Below, in pieces: positions 45,883 to 56,429 of a DNA stretch of 64,000 nt. The translations under genes and the position numbers were made by a program. Below the pieces are notes generated by a model. The model was not told the DNA's origin, searched no databases, and saw nothing but the letters and a program-made list of their open reading frames with translations. This DNA is from Alphaproteobacteria bacterium. Its GTDB lineage: Bacteria > Pseudomonadota > Alphaproteobacteria > GCA-2731375. Every line of letters starts with the position of its first letter. Position 1 is the stretch's first letter. The stretch is from assembly GCA_965232515.1 (NCBI GenBank), contig CBDDPY010000002.1:3520001-3584000 (forward strand), written 5' to 3'.

Positions 45883-47331
45883 GTGAGCAATTTCCGCCCA
45901 ATCCTTCTCGTCATTGGATTGATGCTCACCACCCTTGGTCTGGCCATGCTGGTGCCGGTGCTGCTGGACCTGGTTGTCGAAAATCCGGACTGGCAGGTTT
46001 TCCTGGCGGCGGCGTCGGTGACGCTGTTCGTCGGCACCAGCCTGGTTCTGGTCAGCCGCGGTATCGACGGCCGGCTGCGGCTGCATCAGGCCTTTCTGCT
46101 GACGACGCTCACCTGGGTCGTTTTGCCGGCTTTCGCGGCGCTGCCGTTCGCGTTTTCCGAGTTGAATCTGAGCTATACCGACGCCTTCTTCGAGGCTATG
46201 TCCGGTCTGACCACGACTGGCTCGACCGTGATCACCGGCCTCGACCTGGCGCCGCCCGGCATTCTGATCTGGCGCTCGCTGCTGCAGTGGATGGGCGGCA
46301 TCGGCATCATCGTCACGGCGGTGGCGATCCTGCCGATGCTGCGGGTGGGCGGCATGCAGCTGTTCCGCATGGAATCCTCGGACCGGTCGGAAAAGGTCTT
46401 GCCGCGCGCGGCCCAGATCTCCGCCGTGATCAGCGTCATTTACCTGGGCCTGACGGTGATCTGCGCCGCCGCCTACTGGGGCGCTGGCATGACCGGCTTC
46501 GAGGCGGTGGCGCACGCGATGACGACGATCGCGACCGGCGGCTTCTCGACCTCGGACGCGTCCGTCGGCCATTTCCGCAGCGCCTCGATCGATTACATCG
46601 CCACGCTGTTCATGATCGTCGGCAGCCTGCCGTTCCTGCTCTACTTTCAGGCGCTGCGCGGCCACCCCCTGCTGCTGTGGCGCGACAGTCAGGTCCGTTG
46701 GTTCGTCGCAATCCTGGCGGTCGTCATCGCCGCGCTGGCCAGCTGGCAGATCTTCGGCAACGACGTCCAGGTGGCCGACGCCGTGCGCTACACGTCCTTC
46801 AACGTGGTCTCGATCCTGACCGGAACAGGCTACGCCACCACCGACTACATGCAGTGGGGGCCGTTCGCCGTCACCGCCTTCTTTTTCATCATGTTCATCG
46901 GCGGCTGCGCCGGGTCGACCTCGTGCGGCATCAAAATCTTCCGCTTTCAGGTGCTCTATGCGGCGGCAAGCACGCAGATGGGCCGATTACTGCAACCGCA
47001 CGGCGTGTTCGTCGCCCAGTTCAACCGCCGGCCGATCCCGGAATCGGTCATGGATTCGGTGATGAGCTTCTTTTTCCTGTTCGCGCTGGTTTTCGGCGTG
47101 CTGGCCGTGCTGCTGACGATGCTGGGGCTGGACACGATGACCGCGATCTCCGCCGCCGCGTCAGCGCTCGCCAACGTCGGCCCCGGACTGGGTGAGATCA
47201 TCGGGCCCGCCGGCCACTATGCGCCGCTGTCGGACCCGGCGAAGTGGCTGCTGTCGGCCGCCATGCTGTTGGGCCGGCTGGAGCTGTTCACGGTGCTGGT
47301 GCTGTTCACCCGGGCATTCTGGGAAGCGTAA
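45883..47331 (+). CDS. trkH: Trk-system potassium uptake membrane protein
   Basis: FEAMSGLTTTG, QWMGGIG, TGGFST, GGCAGST and NVGPGLG pore loops. Confidence 0.95.
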   Translation: MSNFRPILLVIGLMLTTLGLAMLVPVLLDLVVENPDWQVFLAAASVTLFVGTSLVLVSRGIDGRLRLHQAFLLTTLTWVVLPAFAALPFAFSELNLSYTDAFFEAMSGLTTTGSTVITGLDLAPPGILIWRSLLQWMGGIGIIVTAVAILPMLRVGGMQLFRMESSDRSEKVLPRAAQISAVISVIYLGLTVICAAAYWGAGMTGFEAVAHAMTTIATGGFSTSDASVGHFRSASIDYIATLFMIVGSLPFLLYFQALRGHPLLLWRDSQVRWFVAILAVVIAALASWQIFGNDVQVADAVRYTSFNVVSILTGTGYATTDYMQWGPFAVTAFFFIMFIGGCAGSTSCGIKIFRFQVLYAAASTQMGRLLQPHGVFVAQFNRRPIPESVMDSVMSFFFLFALVFGVLAVLLTMLGLDTMTAISAAASALANVGPGLGEIIGPAGHYAPLSDPAKWLLSAAMLLGRLELFTVLVLFTRAFWEA

Positions 47332-47401
47332 GCGCGACTGGACCCGGAGTGTCGGCGCCGGTATCGTTCGCCGCTTGGTTTCCCCACCGCCGGAGTACGC
47401 C

Positions 47402-48565
47402 ATGGCCGCCAGCTACAGTCCGCGTGAAATGATCGAGAAACTGGTGTCGTTCGACACCACCAGCCGGGACTCGAACCTGGGGCTGATCCATTTCGTGCGC
47501 GACTATCTGGCCGAACACGGCATTGAATCCGCGCTGATCCACGACGAGACTGGCGAGAAGGCGAACCTGTTCGCCACAATCGGCCCGGAGATCGACGGCG
47601 GCGTCGTACTCTCCGGCCATACGGACGTCGTGCCGGTCGACGGCCAGGACTGGCACAGCGATCCGTTCGACATTGTCGAGCGCGACGGCCGGCTCTACGG
47701 CCGCGGCACCTGCGACATGAAGAGCTTCATCGCCATCGCCCTTGCGCTGCTGCCGGAATTCCAGGCCCGCAACCTGACCTCGCCCATCCATTTCGCGTTT
47801 TCCTATGACGAGGAGGTGGGCTGCCTCGGCGTCGACGGCATCATCCGGCATATCGACGGCCTGACCACGCGGCCGCGCGCCGTCATCGTCGGCGAGCCGA
47901 CCGACATGACGGTCGTGAACGCGCACAAGAGCTGCTACGGCATGGAGACCGTGCTGAGCGGCCTGGAAGCGCATTCCAGCGCCACGCAGAGCGGCGTCAA
48001 CACGATCTTCTACGCGGCCGAGCTGATCGGCTTCATCCAGGGACTGGCCGAGGAGATGAAAACCAAGGCCGATCCGGAAAGCCGCTTCGATCCGCCCTAC
48101 ACCACCGTGCATGTCGGCACCATCCGCGGCGGCACCGCCCTCAATATCATTCCCAAGGAGACCAAGTTCGTCTGGGAGTATCGCGCCGTCCCGGCGGACG
48201 ACGGCCCGGAGATCCGCGAGCGGGTCGAGGCCTTCGCCCGCGAACAGCTGCTGCCGAAGATGCGCGCGGTCTATCCCGAGGCCGATATCACCACGCGCGT
48301 GCGTTCGTCGATCAAGGGCCTGGCGCCGCAGAACGGCTCGCCGGCCGAAAGCCTGGTGATGGCGCTCGCCGGCACCAACCAGACCTTTGCCGTCTCCTAC
48401 GGCACCGAGGCCGGCGCCTTCCAGCATGCCGGCGTGCCGACGGTGATCTGCGGCCCGGGCAACATCGCACAGGCGCACAAGCCCGACGAGTTTATCGAGC
48501 AAAGCCAGGTCGATGCCTGCATCGCCTTCATGCGACGGCTCGGCGAGCACCTAAGCAAAGGCTGA
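47402..48565 (+). CDS. argE: Acetylornithine deacetylase (M20 peptidase family)
   Basis: LSGHTDVVP, GRGTCDMK, YDEEVGC, GEPT and AHKPDE motifs. Confidence 0.93.
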   Translation: MAASYSPREMIEKLVSFDTTSRDSNLGLIHFVRDYLAEHGIESALIHDETGEKANLFATIGPEIDGGVVLSGHTDVVPVDGQDWHSDPFDIVERDGRLYGRGTCDMKSFIAIALALLPEFQARNLTSPIHFAFSYDEEVGCLGVDGIIRHIDGLTTRPRAVIVGEPTDMTVVNAHKSCYGMETVLSGLEAHSSATQSGVNTIFYAAELIGFIQGLAEEMKTKADPESRFDPPYTTVHVGTIRGGTALNIIPKETKFVWEYRAVPADDGPEIRERVEAFAREQLLPKMRAVYPEADITTRVRSSIKGLAPQNGSPAESLVMALAGTNQTFAVSYGTEAGAFQHAGVPTVICGPGNIAQAHKPDEFIEQSQVDACIAFMRRLGEHLSKG

Positions 48566-48573
48566 TGCGCAAA

Positions 48574-48665
48574 GCCCTGGATTGCCTGGTCAGGCCCGGC
48601 AATGACGAATTGTACAAAACGTCAGTACCTTAGTCGTCATGCCCGTGCTTGACACGGACATCCAG
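48574..48665. repeat. REP-like composite palindrome, family 1 copy C
   Basis: GCCCTGGATTGCCTGGTCAGGCCCGGCAATGACG...CGTCATGCCCGTGCTTGACACGGACATCCAG between convergent genes. Confidence 0.9.
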
Positions 48666-48678
48666 CAGCGTCCGCCGC

Positions 48679-49278
48679 TCAGTTCACCAGGAACCCGCGC
48701 AGGTTGTCGGTGATCTCTTTTTCCATGGCGCGGTCGAAATCCTGCACCAGGCCTTCGGTCAGTTCGAAGAAGGTTTTGTCGCGCTCGTTCAGCGTCGCGT
48801 CTTCCGGCACGGTGCGGCTGCGCGCCGCCGACGCGGCGGCGAACCCGCTGCCGAGGCCGCCGGCGTTGCTGACTTCGAGCCGCACGGTCATCCGGGCGAC
48901 GTAGCGTTCGGACTGCTGGGTGGTGAAGACGCCGCGGATGCCGCCCTGCGTGGGCAGCTTTTCCTCAATTGCGCTGGCGTCCTGGATGATCACAGTCGCC
49001 ACGCCGTTGCTGCCGGCCGCCATCAACCGGTCGTCGATCCAGCGGCGCGCCGCGTCCGAGGGCTTCAGTGGAAACTGGTGTTCCACGTTCGGCGCCTGCA
49101 ACGGCGGCACATAGGTCTGCTGGATGTCGATCGCCGCCACGTCGAGCTTCAGTTTCGGCAGATGACGGAACGAGACCTCCGGGTAGACCGGCGTCGGCGA
49201 TGGCGTTTCGCAGGCTGCCAGCAGGAAAGCGACGGCGGCGAAAACGGCGATGGGAAACGTCTTGATCGACACGCGCAT
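48679..49278 (-). CDS. Hypothetical lipoprotein
   Basis: Lipobox LAAC after a hydrophobic stretch; co-oriented downstream of hslO. Confidence 0.82.
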   Translation of the reverse strand: MRVSIKTFPIAVFAAVAFLLAACETPSPTPVYPEVSFRHLPKLKLDVAAIDIQQTYVPPLQAPNVEHQFPLKPSDAARRWIDDRLMAAGSNGVATVIIQDASAIEEKLPTQGGIRGVFTTQQSERYVARMTVRLEVSNAGGLGSGFAAASAARSRTVPEDATLNERDKTFFELTEGLVQDFDRAMEKEITDNLRGFLVN

Positions 49279-49334
49279 GACCGGATTAGTTGTTGCTGTT
49301 GCGCGGTCAGCGATATCCGCGTATTGCGGCAAAA

Positions 49335-50258
49335 TCAAGACCGCAGGCGGGCGAGATAGTCATCGGGCTGGAATTCATAGAACGAATTGCAGAACTCGCA
49401 GGTGACGTCCAGGCGGCCGTCGACGATCAGGTCTTCAAGCGCCGCGTCCGAGAGGGAGCGCAACACCCGATCGGCGCGCTGGCGCGAGCAGGTGCAGCCG
49501 AAGCTGAGCGGCACCGGTTCGAACACGCGCACGCCATCTTCGTGATAAAGGCGGTAGAGCAGCTGGTCCGGCGTGACGTCGGATGACAGCAGCTCGTCCG
49601 ACTGCGCTGTCGCCAGCAGGGTGACGGCCCGCCGCCAGTCGTCCTCGGTGTCTTCGGGGCGCGCTTCGGCGCCGCGCGCCAGCAACGCCGGATCGCCTTC
49701 CGGCAGCCGTTGGATCATCACGCCGCCGGCGCGCCAGGCTCCCTTCGGATCCGGCGCGGCGGCCAGCCGGATCGCGGAATCGATCTGCTCGGATTCGCGG
49801 AAATAGTGGTGCGCGCAGTCGGCGAGCGTCGCGCCCTCCATGCCGACGATGCCCTGGTAGCGTTCGGTGTCGTCGCCCTGATCCACCGTGAAGGCCAGAT
49901 AGCCGCCGCCCAGCAGGCGCGGCACGGTGGCGCTGCCCGTCTCGTGCAGGTCGAGCTCGGCAAGCCGGTCGGCGTCATAGCTCAGGTAACCGCGCATACG
50001 GCCCGGCGAAAAATAGTCCGCCAGCAGCATCGACACCGGCCCGTCGCCGCGGGCTTGCAGCGAGAACGCGCCGTCGAACTTGAGCGCGCCGGCCAGCAGC
50101 GCTGTCAGCGCCAGCGCCTCGCCCAACAACTCCGACAGCACCGGCGGATAGCCGTGCCGTCGGATGATCTCGTCGGCCGTCGGCCCCAGCCGCACCAGTC
50201 GTCCGCGCAGGCCGCCGCCTTCGATCTGAAACGGCCGGATCAGATCGTCATCTGTCAT
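49335..50258 (-). CDS. hslO: Hsp33 redox-regulated chaperone
   Basis: RGRLVRL, YQGIV, YFRESEQ and the CTCS...CEFC zinc motif. Confidence 0.95.
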   Translation of the reverse strand: MTDDDLIRPFQIEGGGLRGRLVRLGPTADEIIRRHGYPPVLSELLGEALALTALLAGALKFDGAFSLQARGDGPVSMLLADYFSPGRMRGYLSYDADRLAELDLHETGSATVPRLLGGGYLAFTVDQGDDTERYQGIVGMEGATLADCAHHYFRESEQIDSAIRLAAAPDPKGAWRAGGVMIQRLPEGDPALLARGAEARPEDTEDDWRRAVTLLATAQSDELLSSDVTPDQLLYRLYHEDGVRVFEPVPLSFGCTCSRQRADRVLRSLSDAALEDLIVDGRLDVTCEFCNSFYEFQPDDYLARLRS

Positions 50259-50314
50259 CTCTGGCGCCAAATGCTGTTCGGTGGCCTTGTGCCCCGTTCC
50301 CGTCCGCGCCGCGA

Positions 50315-51241
50315 CTAGGCCAGACACCAGGCGAGGATGCCCTTCTGCGCGTGCAGACGGTTCTCGGCCTGGTCCCAGACCACGGATTGCGGTCCGTCCA
50401 TTACCTCGTTCGTGACTTCCTCGCCGCGATGCGCCGGCAGGCAGTGCATGAAAACGGATTCGGGTTTCGCCCGCGACATCAGCCGTTCGTCGACGCGGAA
50501 CGGCGCCAGCATGTTGTGTCGGTCGCTGTTGGGATCGTCGTGCATCGACACCCAGGCATCGGCAACCACGCAATCGGCGCCCGCGACCGCGGCATCGGGA
50601 TCGGAACCGACGCTGACATCGGCGCCATGCCGTCGCGCCCAATCGATGGCCTGGCTCGTCGGCTGCAGTTCCGGCGGACAGGCCAGCCGCAGAGCGTAGC
50701 CGAAGCGCGCTGCGCCCTGGATCCAGGACGTCGCCATATTGTTGCCATCGCCCGACCAGGTCACGACCTTGCCCGCGATCGGCCCACGATGCTCCTCGAA
50801 CGTCATCACGTCGGCCATCAGCTGACATGGATGTGTCAGATCGGTCAGCCCGTTGATCACCGGCACCGTGGCATAGGCCATCAGCTCCTCGAGCACGGCA
50901 TGCGACTTGGTCCGAAGCATGATCGCGTCGACATAGCGCGACATCACACGGGCCGTGTCGGCCACGCTCTCGCCGCGGCCGAGCTGCAGATCCTGACCGT
51001 TCAGCACGATGGTCTCGCCGCCGAGCTGGCGCATGCCGACGTCGAACGAGATCCGGGTGCGAGTCGACGGCTGCTCGAAAATCATCGCCAGCAGCTTGCC
51101 GGCCAGCGGCGCGCCCGCATCCGGCGCCGCCTGACCCTTGCCGGCCCGCGCTTTCTTCAGCGCTTTCGCGCCCTCCAGGATGTCGCGCAGCGCGTCGCTA
51201 TCCACGGCGTCAATGTCGGCGAAATGCCGCGGCCCCGTCAT
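50315..51241 (-). CDS. argF: Ornithine carbamoyltransferase
   Basis: [27 protein letters not shown] and QAENRLH motifs. Confidence 0.96.
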   Translation of the reverse strand: MTGPRHFADIDAVDSDALRDILEGAKALKKARAGKGQAAPDAGAPLAGKLLAMIFEQPSTRTRISFDVGMRQLGGETIVLNGQDLQLGRGESVADTARVMSRYVDAIMLRTKSHAVLEELMAYATVPVINGLTDLTHPCQLMADVMTFEEHRGPIAGKVVTWSGDGNNMATSWIQGAARFGYALRLACPPELQPTSQAIDWARRHGADVSVGSDPDAAVAGADCVVADAWVSMHDDPNSDRHNMLAPFRVDERLMSRAKPESVFMHCLPAHRGEEVTNEVMDGPQSVVWDQAENRLHAQKGILAWCLA

Positions 51242-52410
51242 GTCGACAACTCCCCACCCACCTGCTCGATAATGTCGAGCGCCGCGTCGACATGTTCTTC
51301 TTCGACGATCAGCGGCGGCAGCAGGCGCACCACGTTGTCGCCGGCCGGTATCGCCAGCAGCCCCTTCTCGCGCAGCGCGGCGGTGACGTCGGCGTTGGTC
51401 GCCCGCGACTTGAAGCCCAGCATCAGGCCGCGGCCGCGGATCTCCTCGACGATGGTGACGTTGCGCTGGCGCTGCGCCTCCAGGCCCGTGCGCAGGCGGT
51501 CGGCCATCTTCTGCACGTGTTCGAGGAAGCCGTCGGCCAGGATCACGTCCAGCACCGCGTTGCCCGCCGCCATGGCCAGCGGGTTGCCGCCATAGGTCGA
51601 ACCGTGCGTGCCGGCGACCATGCCGACCGCCGCATCCTTGGTCAAAAGACAAGCGCCGAGCGGAAAGCCGCCGCCGATGCCTTTGCCCAGGCTGACGATA
51701 TCCGGCTGGATGCCGCTCCATTCGTGGGCCAGAAACTTGCCGGTACGCCCGATGCCGCTCTGCACCTCGTCCATGCACAACAGCAGGCCGTGCTCGTCGC
51801 AGAGGGCCCGCAGTTCCCGTAGGAACTCGTCCGGCACCACGATGATGCCGCCCTCGCCCTGCACAGGCTCGATCAGCACAGCCGCGGTCTCATCGGTGAT
51901 GGCGTCGCGCACCGCGTCGATATCGCCCACCGGCACGTGATCGAAGCCCTCGACCTTGGGGCCGAAGCCCTCTAGCACCTTCGCCTGCCCGGTCGCCGCG
52001 ATGGTCGCCAGCGTACGGCCATGGAAAGCGTTCTCGAAGGTGATGATGCGATAGCGTTCGGGCCTGTCGTGGGCGAAATGATAGCGCCGGGCCGACTTGA
52101 TCAGCGCCTCGTTCGCCTCGGCGCCGGAATTGCAGAAGAACACGAAGTCGGCGAAGCTGTTCGCGGTCAGCCGCTCGGCCAAACGCTCCTGCCCCGGAAT
52201 CGTATAGAGATTGGAGACGTGCATCAGGGTCTGCGCCTGCTTGGAGATGGCGTCGGCCAGATGCGGATGGCTATGCCCGACGCAGGCGACCGCGATGCCG
52301 GTGCCGAAATCCAGGTAGCGTTTCCCGTCGGCGTCGAAGAGATAAGGTCCCTCGCCCCGCTCGAAGGAAATCTCGCCCCGAGCATAGGTCGGCAGAATCG
52401 CTGACGTCAC
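51238..52410 (-). CDS. argD: Acetylornithine aminotransferase
   Basis: [27 protein letters not shown] and [10 protein letters not shown] motifs; overlaps argF. Confidence 0.96.
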   Translation of the reverse strand: MTSAILPTYARGEISFERGEGPYLFDADGKRYLDFGTGIAVACVGHSHPHLADAISKQAQTLMHVSNLYTIPGQERLAERLTANSFADFVFFCNSGAEANEALIKSARRYHFAHDRPERYRIITFENAFHGRTLATIAATGQAKVLEGFGPKVEGFDHVPVGDIDAVRDAITDETAAVLIEPVQGEGGIIVVPDEFLRELRALCDEHGLLLCMDEVQSGIGRTGKFLAHEWSGIQPDIVSLGKGIGGGFPLGACLLTKDAAVGMVAGTHGSTYGGNPLAMAAGNAVLDVILADGFLEHVQKMADRLRTGLEAQRQRNVTIVEEIRGRGLMLGFKSRATNADVTAALREKGLLAIPAGDNVVRLLPPLIVEEEHVDAALDIIEQVGGELST

Positions 52411-52519
52411 GCGACCTCTCCAAAATAAAACGCGGCGCCTTTAGCGCCGCTGGATCATCGGTTATGCAAAAACTATCGGCCGCGGGCAAGTCATTGTCAA
52501 TCGCCAAGCCCGCGCCTTG

Positions 52520-53371
52520 TCAGGCCTTCAATTTCCAGCCGCGCTTCAGCAGCTCCAGGCTGACAATCCACAGCATGACGATCAGGCCCAGCAGCAGGCC
52601 GACGCCGATGGCGAGCGCCCCGTCGGCATGGCCAATGACGCCGTAGCGAAAGCCGTCGATCATGTAGAAGAACGGGTTCGCGTGGCTGATCGTGTACCAG
52701 ACGCCGGGCAAGCGTTCGACCGAATAGAACGTGCCCGACAGGAAGGCGAGCGGCGTGATGACGAAATTGGTGATCGCCGCCATATGGTCGAACTTGTCGG
52801 CCCAGATGCCGACGACAATCCCGAGCAGCGACATCAGCAGCGACGCGGCGGCCGCGAAGAACAGGATCGGCCAGAGCGCGTGCAGCGACAGCTCGACGAA
52901 CAACGCCATGCCGGCGGCGACGGCGAACGCCACAAGAATGCCGCGCGTCATGCCCGACAGAGCATAGCAGAGCGTCAGCTCGCCGGCGGTCAGCGGCGGC
53001 ATCAGCAGATCGACGATATTGCCCTGGATCTTCGAGATCAGGATCGACGACGAGGTGTTGGCGAAGCTGTTCTGCACGATCGCCATCATGATCAGGCCAG
53101 GGGCCAGGAACTGGTCGAACGGCACGCCGGCAATACCGCTGAAACGGTCGCCGAAGGCGAGCGTGAAAATGGCGAGGAACAACAATGTCGTGCTGACCGG
53201 CGCCAGGATCGACTGGATGCCGACCTTCAGGAACCGCTGCACTTCCTTGGCATAGAGCGTCCAGACGCCGAGCCAGTTCACGCGGCCCATGGCGCGCGGG
53301 CCGCGAAGCCGGGGCGTGCGGCTGATCTGCGCCGGTGCCGGCGCCGGGGCAATGCGTTTCGGTTGGGTCAA
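52520..53371 (-). CDS. ABC-2 type transporter permease (YadH-like)
   Basis: KEVQRF, FLAPGLIMM, FLSGTFY and NPFFYMIDGFRY motifs. Confidence 0.92.
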   Translation of the reverse strand: MTQPKRIAPAPAPAQISRTPRLRGPRAMGRVNWLGVWTLYAKEVQRFLKVGIQSILAPVSTTLLFLAIFTLAFGDRFSGIAGVPFDQFLAPGLIMMAIVQNSFANTSSSILISKIQGNIVDLLMPPLTAGELTLCYALSGMTRGILVAFAVAAGMALFVELSLHALWPILFFAAAASLLMSLLGIVVGIWADKFDHMAAITNFVITPLAFLSGTFYSVERLPGVWYTISHANPFFYMIDGFRYGVIGHADGALAIGVGLLLGLIVMLWIVSLELLKRGWKLKA

Positions 53372-54012
53372 AACTTGCCGTAGGTGTTCAGCGCGTCGAC
53401 CGGATCGACACCGCTCAGGATCGCGTCGCGCATCTGGTTCTCGGTGGCCGCCACCGCCTCGGTCTCGGCCACGACTTCTTCCGCGAGCGCTTGCGGAATG
53501 ATGACGACGCCATCGATGTCGGCCAGCACATAATCGCCGGAATGGATGGTCACGCCGCCGATCTCAATCGGCTCGCCCATGCTGGCGGCCACCCAGCGGC
53601 CGACGATGTCCTTCGGCGTGTTGAACTTGGCGAACACGGGGAAATCCAGTTGCAGCAGGCGGTGCACGTCTCGGCAGCCGCCATCGGCGATATAGCCGCG
53701 AACGCCCTTGTATTTCAACGTCTCCGCCGAGAGCTCGCCCATCAGCGCGACGATGTCGTTGTTGGGCTGGCAGATCAGCACCCGGTCGGCCGGCGCCTTC
53801 GACAGCACCGTGGCCCAGGCCAGCAAGGTCTCGTCCGGGTCCTGCCCGTCCTCGTAATGCCCGTCGATGGTATGGATCTGTCCGGCGAGCTTATGGCGCG
53901 GATCGAGCGCGCGGATATCCGGCGGCAGCACGCAGTTGTCGTGTCCCTTGGCGCGCAGGGCGTCGTAGACGGCGCTGGCGTAGAGCTGTTCCAGCCGGCT
54001 GGTCAGGTCCAT
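53368..54012 (-). CDS. RraA-family protein (HMG/CHA aldolase-like)
   Basis: AVYDAL, GELSA, DGGCRD and GDYVLADIDGVV motifs; GGAGGA RBS. Confidence 0.9.
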   Translation of the reverse strand: MDLTSRLEQLYASAVYDALRAKGHDNCVLPPDIRALDPRHKLAGQIHTIDGHYEDGQDPDETLLAWATVLSKAPADRVLICQPNNDIVALMGELSAETLKYKGVRGYIADGGCRDVHRLLQLDFPVFAKFNTPKDIVGRWVAASMGEPIEIGGVTIHSGDYVLADIDGVVIIPQALAEEVVAETEAVAATENQMRDAILSGVDPVDALNTYGKF

Positions 54013-54068
54013 GTCGATTCCTCCGCTTGCCCGGTTCGTCCGGAACATGATTGCGCCGCCGCCGTCGG

Positions 54069-56315
54069 TCAGCGCGGCAGCGGTGAGACGTGGAAGCTTT
54101 CGGGCGGCAGACCGTCCGCGTGACGCCGCCACATCGTCATATACGCCGATTCCAGATGTCGGGCCAGCCGGGGCTGGTCGAACAGGGCGCAGGTTTCGCG
54201 CGTGGCCTGCAGGCGTTGGCGCAATTCCGCCAGCGTTTGTGGCTCGCTCGCCAGACGCAAGGCTTCGACTTCGTAGTCCGGCAGCGACGTCTTGATGAGC
54301 TCCGGCAGACCTGCCGCCGTCAGGATCGAGGCGCCGGTACGCGATGGCTGCGTCGCGCCCGCGATGGTCAGCACCGGCACACCGGCCCAGAGCGCGTCCA
54401 GCGTGGTCACGCCGCCGGCGTGGTGGCGCGTGTCCAGCGCCAGATCGGCCAACCGATGCCGCGCCAGATGACGGGCGTGCGGCAAATGCCCAGCGAAGAC
54501 CAGCCGCGCCGGATCGACGCCGGCGGCGACGGCCACGCGACGGAGGTTCTCGACCGCCCGGTCGGTGCCCGACCGGCACCAGAGCACGCTGCCGTCGACC
54601 GCCGTCAGCAGCCGCAGCCAGGCCGCGAAGGTCTCGGGATCGAACTTGTGGTGCGCGTTGAAGCAGGCGAAGACGAATCCGTCCTCCGGCAGACCGCATT
54701 CCGCCCGTTGCCACGCTTCATCGGCGATCTCGGCCCGCGGCGCGGCCATGAACGTGTCCGGCAGGTAGATCAGCCGCTCGCTGCACTGCGCGGCCATGGC
54801 CGGCGGCGTGTGCGCCGCATCGGTGATCAGATAGGGAATGCAGTCGGCGCCCAACGTGGCGCCATAGCCGAGATAATGCGCCTGCACCGGCGCCGGCGAC
54901 AGCGAGAAGATCTCGATGGCCGAATGCCGGGTATGGCCGGCGAGATCGATCAGCACGTCGATGCCGTCGGCAGCGATGCGGCCCGCGGCGCCGTCGACGG
55001 TGAGCCCGTCTAGCGGCGTGAAGCTGTCGAAACGGCGGGCGAATTCATCGGTCATCTCGTCCGCCAGGTCGCCGCGCAGCGCGTAGCCGTGCCACTCGAA
55101 GCCCGCGCGGTCATGGGCGGCCAGCAGGTCGCGAAAGCTGATGCCGACGCTGTGTCGGCGGAAATCCGGCGAAACATAGCCGACGCGCAGTTTCGCGCCG
55201 CGCGGGCGGGCCGGCGGCCGCACAAAGCGTTCGCGCAACGGCGCGACGGCGGCGATGCAGCGCGCCGAATAATGCCGGGCGAGCGCCAGCCGCAGGTCGC
55301 CCGGCGCGTCGGTCGCGGCCAGACAGAACGGCGGGGCGGCGGTCTTGCCGCCCCGCGCCAGGCTGCTGCGGATGTCGGCGACAACGTCGGATATGACACC
55401 CTGCAGCGCGTCCCAATCGCATTGATACATCAGGGACTGCATGAGAAACGGCAGGCAATGCCGGTCCTCTGCATCGATCGCCAGGGCGCGGCGAAAAGCC
55501 GTCACGGCCTCGTCGTGCCGGCCCATGGTCTGCAGTAGCTGGCCGAGATCGGCATGGCCGCCGGCCAGGTCCGGATGCAGTGCCGTCAGGTCGCGCAGCA
55601 GCGCCAGCGCCTGATGCTGACGGCTCTGGCCGATCAACAGGATGGCCAGGTTCTTCAACGCCGCGGCATCGCCCGGCGCCATCTCAAGCGCGCGGCGCAG
55701 GCAGGCCTCGGCCCGATCCGCGGCGCCGGTCGCCTGATGCAACAGCCCAAGACCGAGATGGGCCGCGGCCAGCGTGGAATCGCGGTCCAGAACCTCCGAA
55801 TAGAGCGCTTCGGCCGCCGCGTGCTCGCCCAGGTCCCGCAGGATATTGGCGCGATTGACGGCCGCCGACAGCAGGCTGGGGTCGGCGGCATAGGCGCGGT
55901 CGTAATGCGCCGCCGCCCGCACCATCTGATCGAGCGCGGTGAGCGCATTGCCGAGCGTGTTGTGCAGCGGCGCGAAGCCGTCGTCGACGGCAAGCCCGCG
56001 CTCGGCCGCCATCGCCGCGGCCCTGGCGTCGCCGGCCTGCAGCAGCGCCGCAGCCAGATTGTTATGCACCTCGCGCACGTCGGGCGCGCGGGCCAGCGCG
56101 CGCCGGAACCAGTCCGCCGCCTCGCCGGGCCGGCCGGTCGCCAGCAATAGATTGCCGAGATAGAACGCCGGTTCGGGATCGGCCGGCAGCGCTTCGGCGG
56201 CCCGGCGCAGGGCGGCTTCGGCCCCGGCGGCATCGCCGGCCTGCAGCCGCGCCAGACCGTCGGACTTCAACGCCAGCGGATCGTCGGCCTTGCGCGGGAC
56301 ATCGGACAGGGACAT
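54069..56315 (-). CDS. TPR-repeat glycosyltransferase family 41 (O-GlcNAc transferase/SPINDLY-like)
   Basis: N-terminal TPRs; [38 protein letters not shown] and [11 protein letters not shown] motifs. Confidence 0.9.
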   Translation of the reverse strand: MSLSDVPRKADDPLALKSDGLARLQAGDAAGAEAALRRAAEALPADPEPAFYLGNLLLATGRPGEAADWFRRALARAPDVREVHNNLAAALLQAGDARAAAMAAERGLAVDDGFAPLHNTLGNALTALDQMVRAAAHYDRAYAADPSLLSAAVNRANILRDLGEHAAAEALYSEVLDRDSTLAAAHLGLGLLHQATGAADRAEACLRRALEMAPGDAAALKNLAILLIGQSRQHQALALLRDLTALHPDLAGGHADLGQLLQTMGRHDEAVTAFRRALAIDAEDRHCLPFLMQSLMYQCDWDALQGVISDVVADIRSSLARGGKTAAPPFCLAATDAPGDLRLALARHYSARCIAAVAPLRERFVRPPARPRGAKLRVGYVSPDFRRHSVGISFRDLLAAHDRAGFEWHGYALRGDLADEMTDEFARRFDSFTPLDGLTVDGAAGRIAADGIDVLIDLAGHTRHSAIEIFSLSPAPVQAHYLGYGATLGADCIPYLITDAAHTPPAMAAQCSERLIYLPDTFMAAPRAEIADEAWQRAECGLPEDGFVFACFNAHHKFDPETFAAWLRLLTAVDGSVLWCRSGTDRAVENLRRVAVAAGVDPARLVFAGHLPHARHLARHRLADLALDTRHHAGGVTTLDALWAGVPVLTIAGATQPSRTGASILTAAGLPELIKTSLPDYEVEALRLASEPQTLAELRQRLQATRETCALFDQPRLARHLESAYMTMWRRHADGLPPESFHVSPLPR

Positions 56316-56429
56316 CGTCCGACAGGGTGTAGAGAGCGATGGTTAACAGACTCTGAAATGCCGTCTGGTTTGGCTGTCTGGGCGTCGCTATATTGCCTGG
56401 AACGTCGCATCCGGAGGGAACATCAGATC

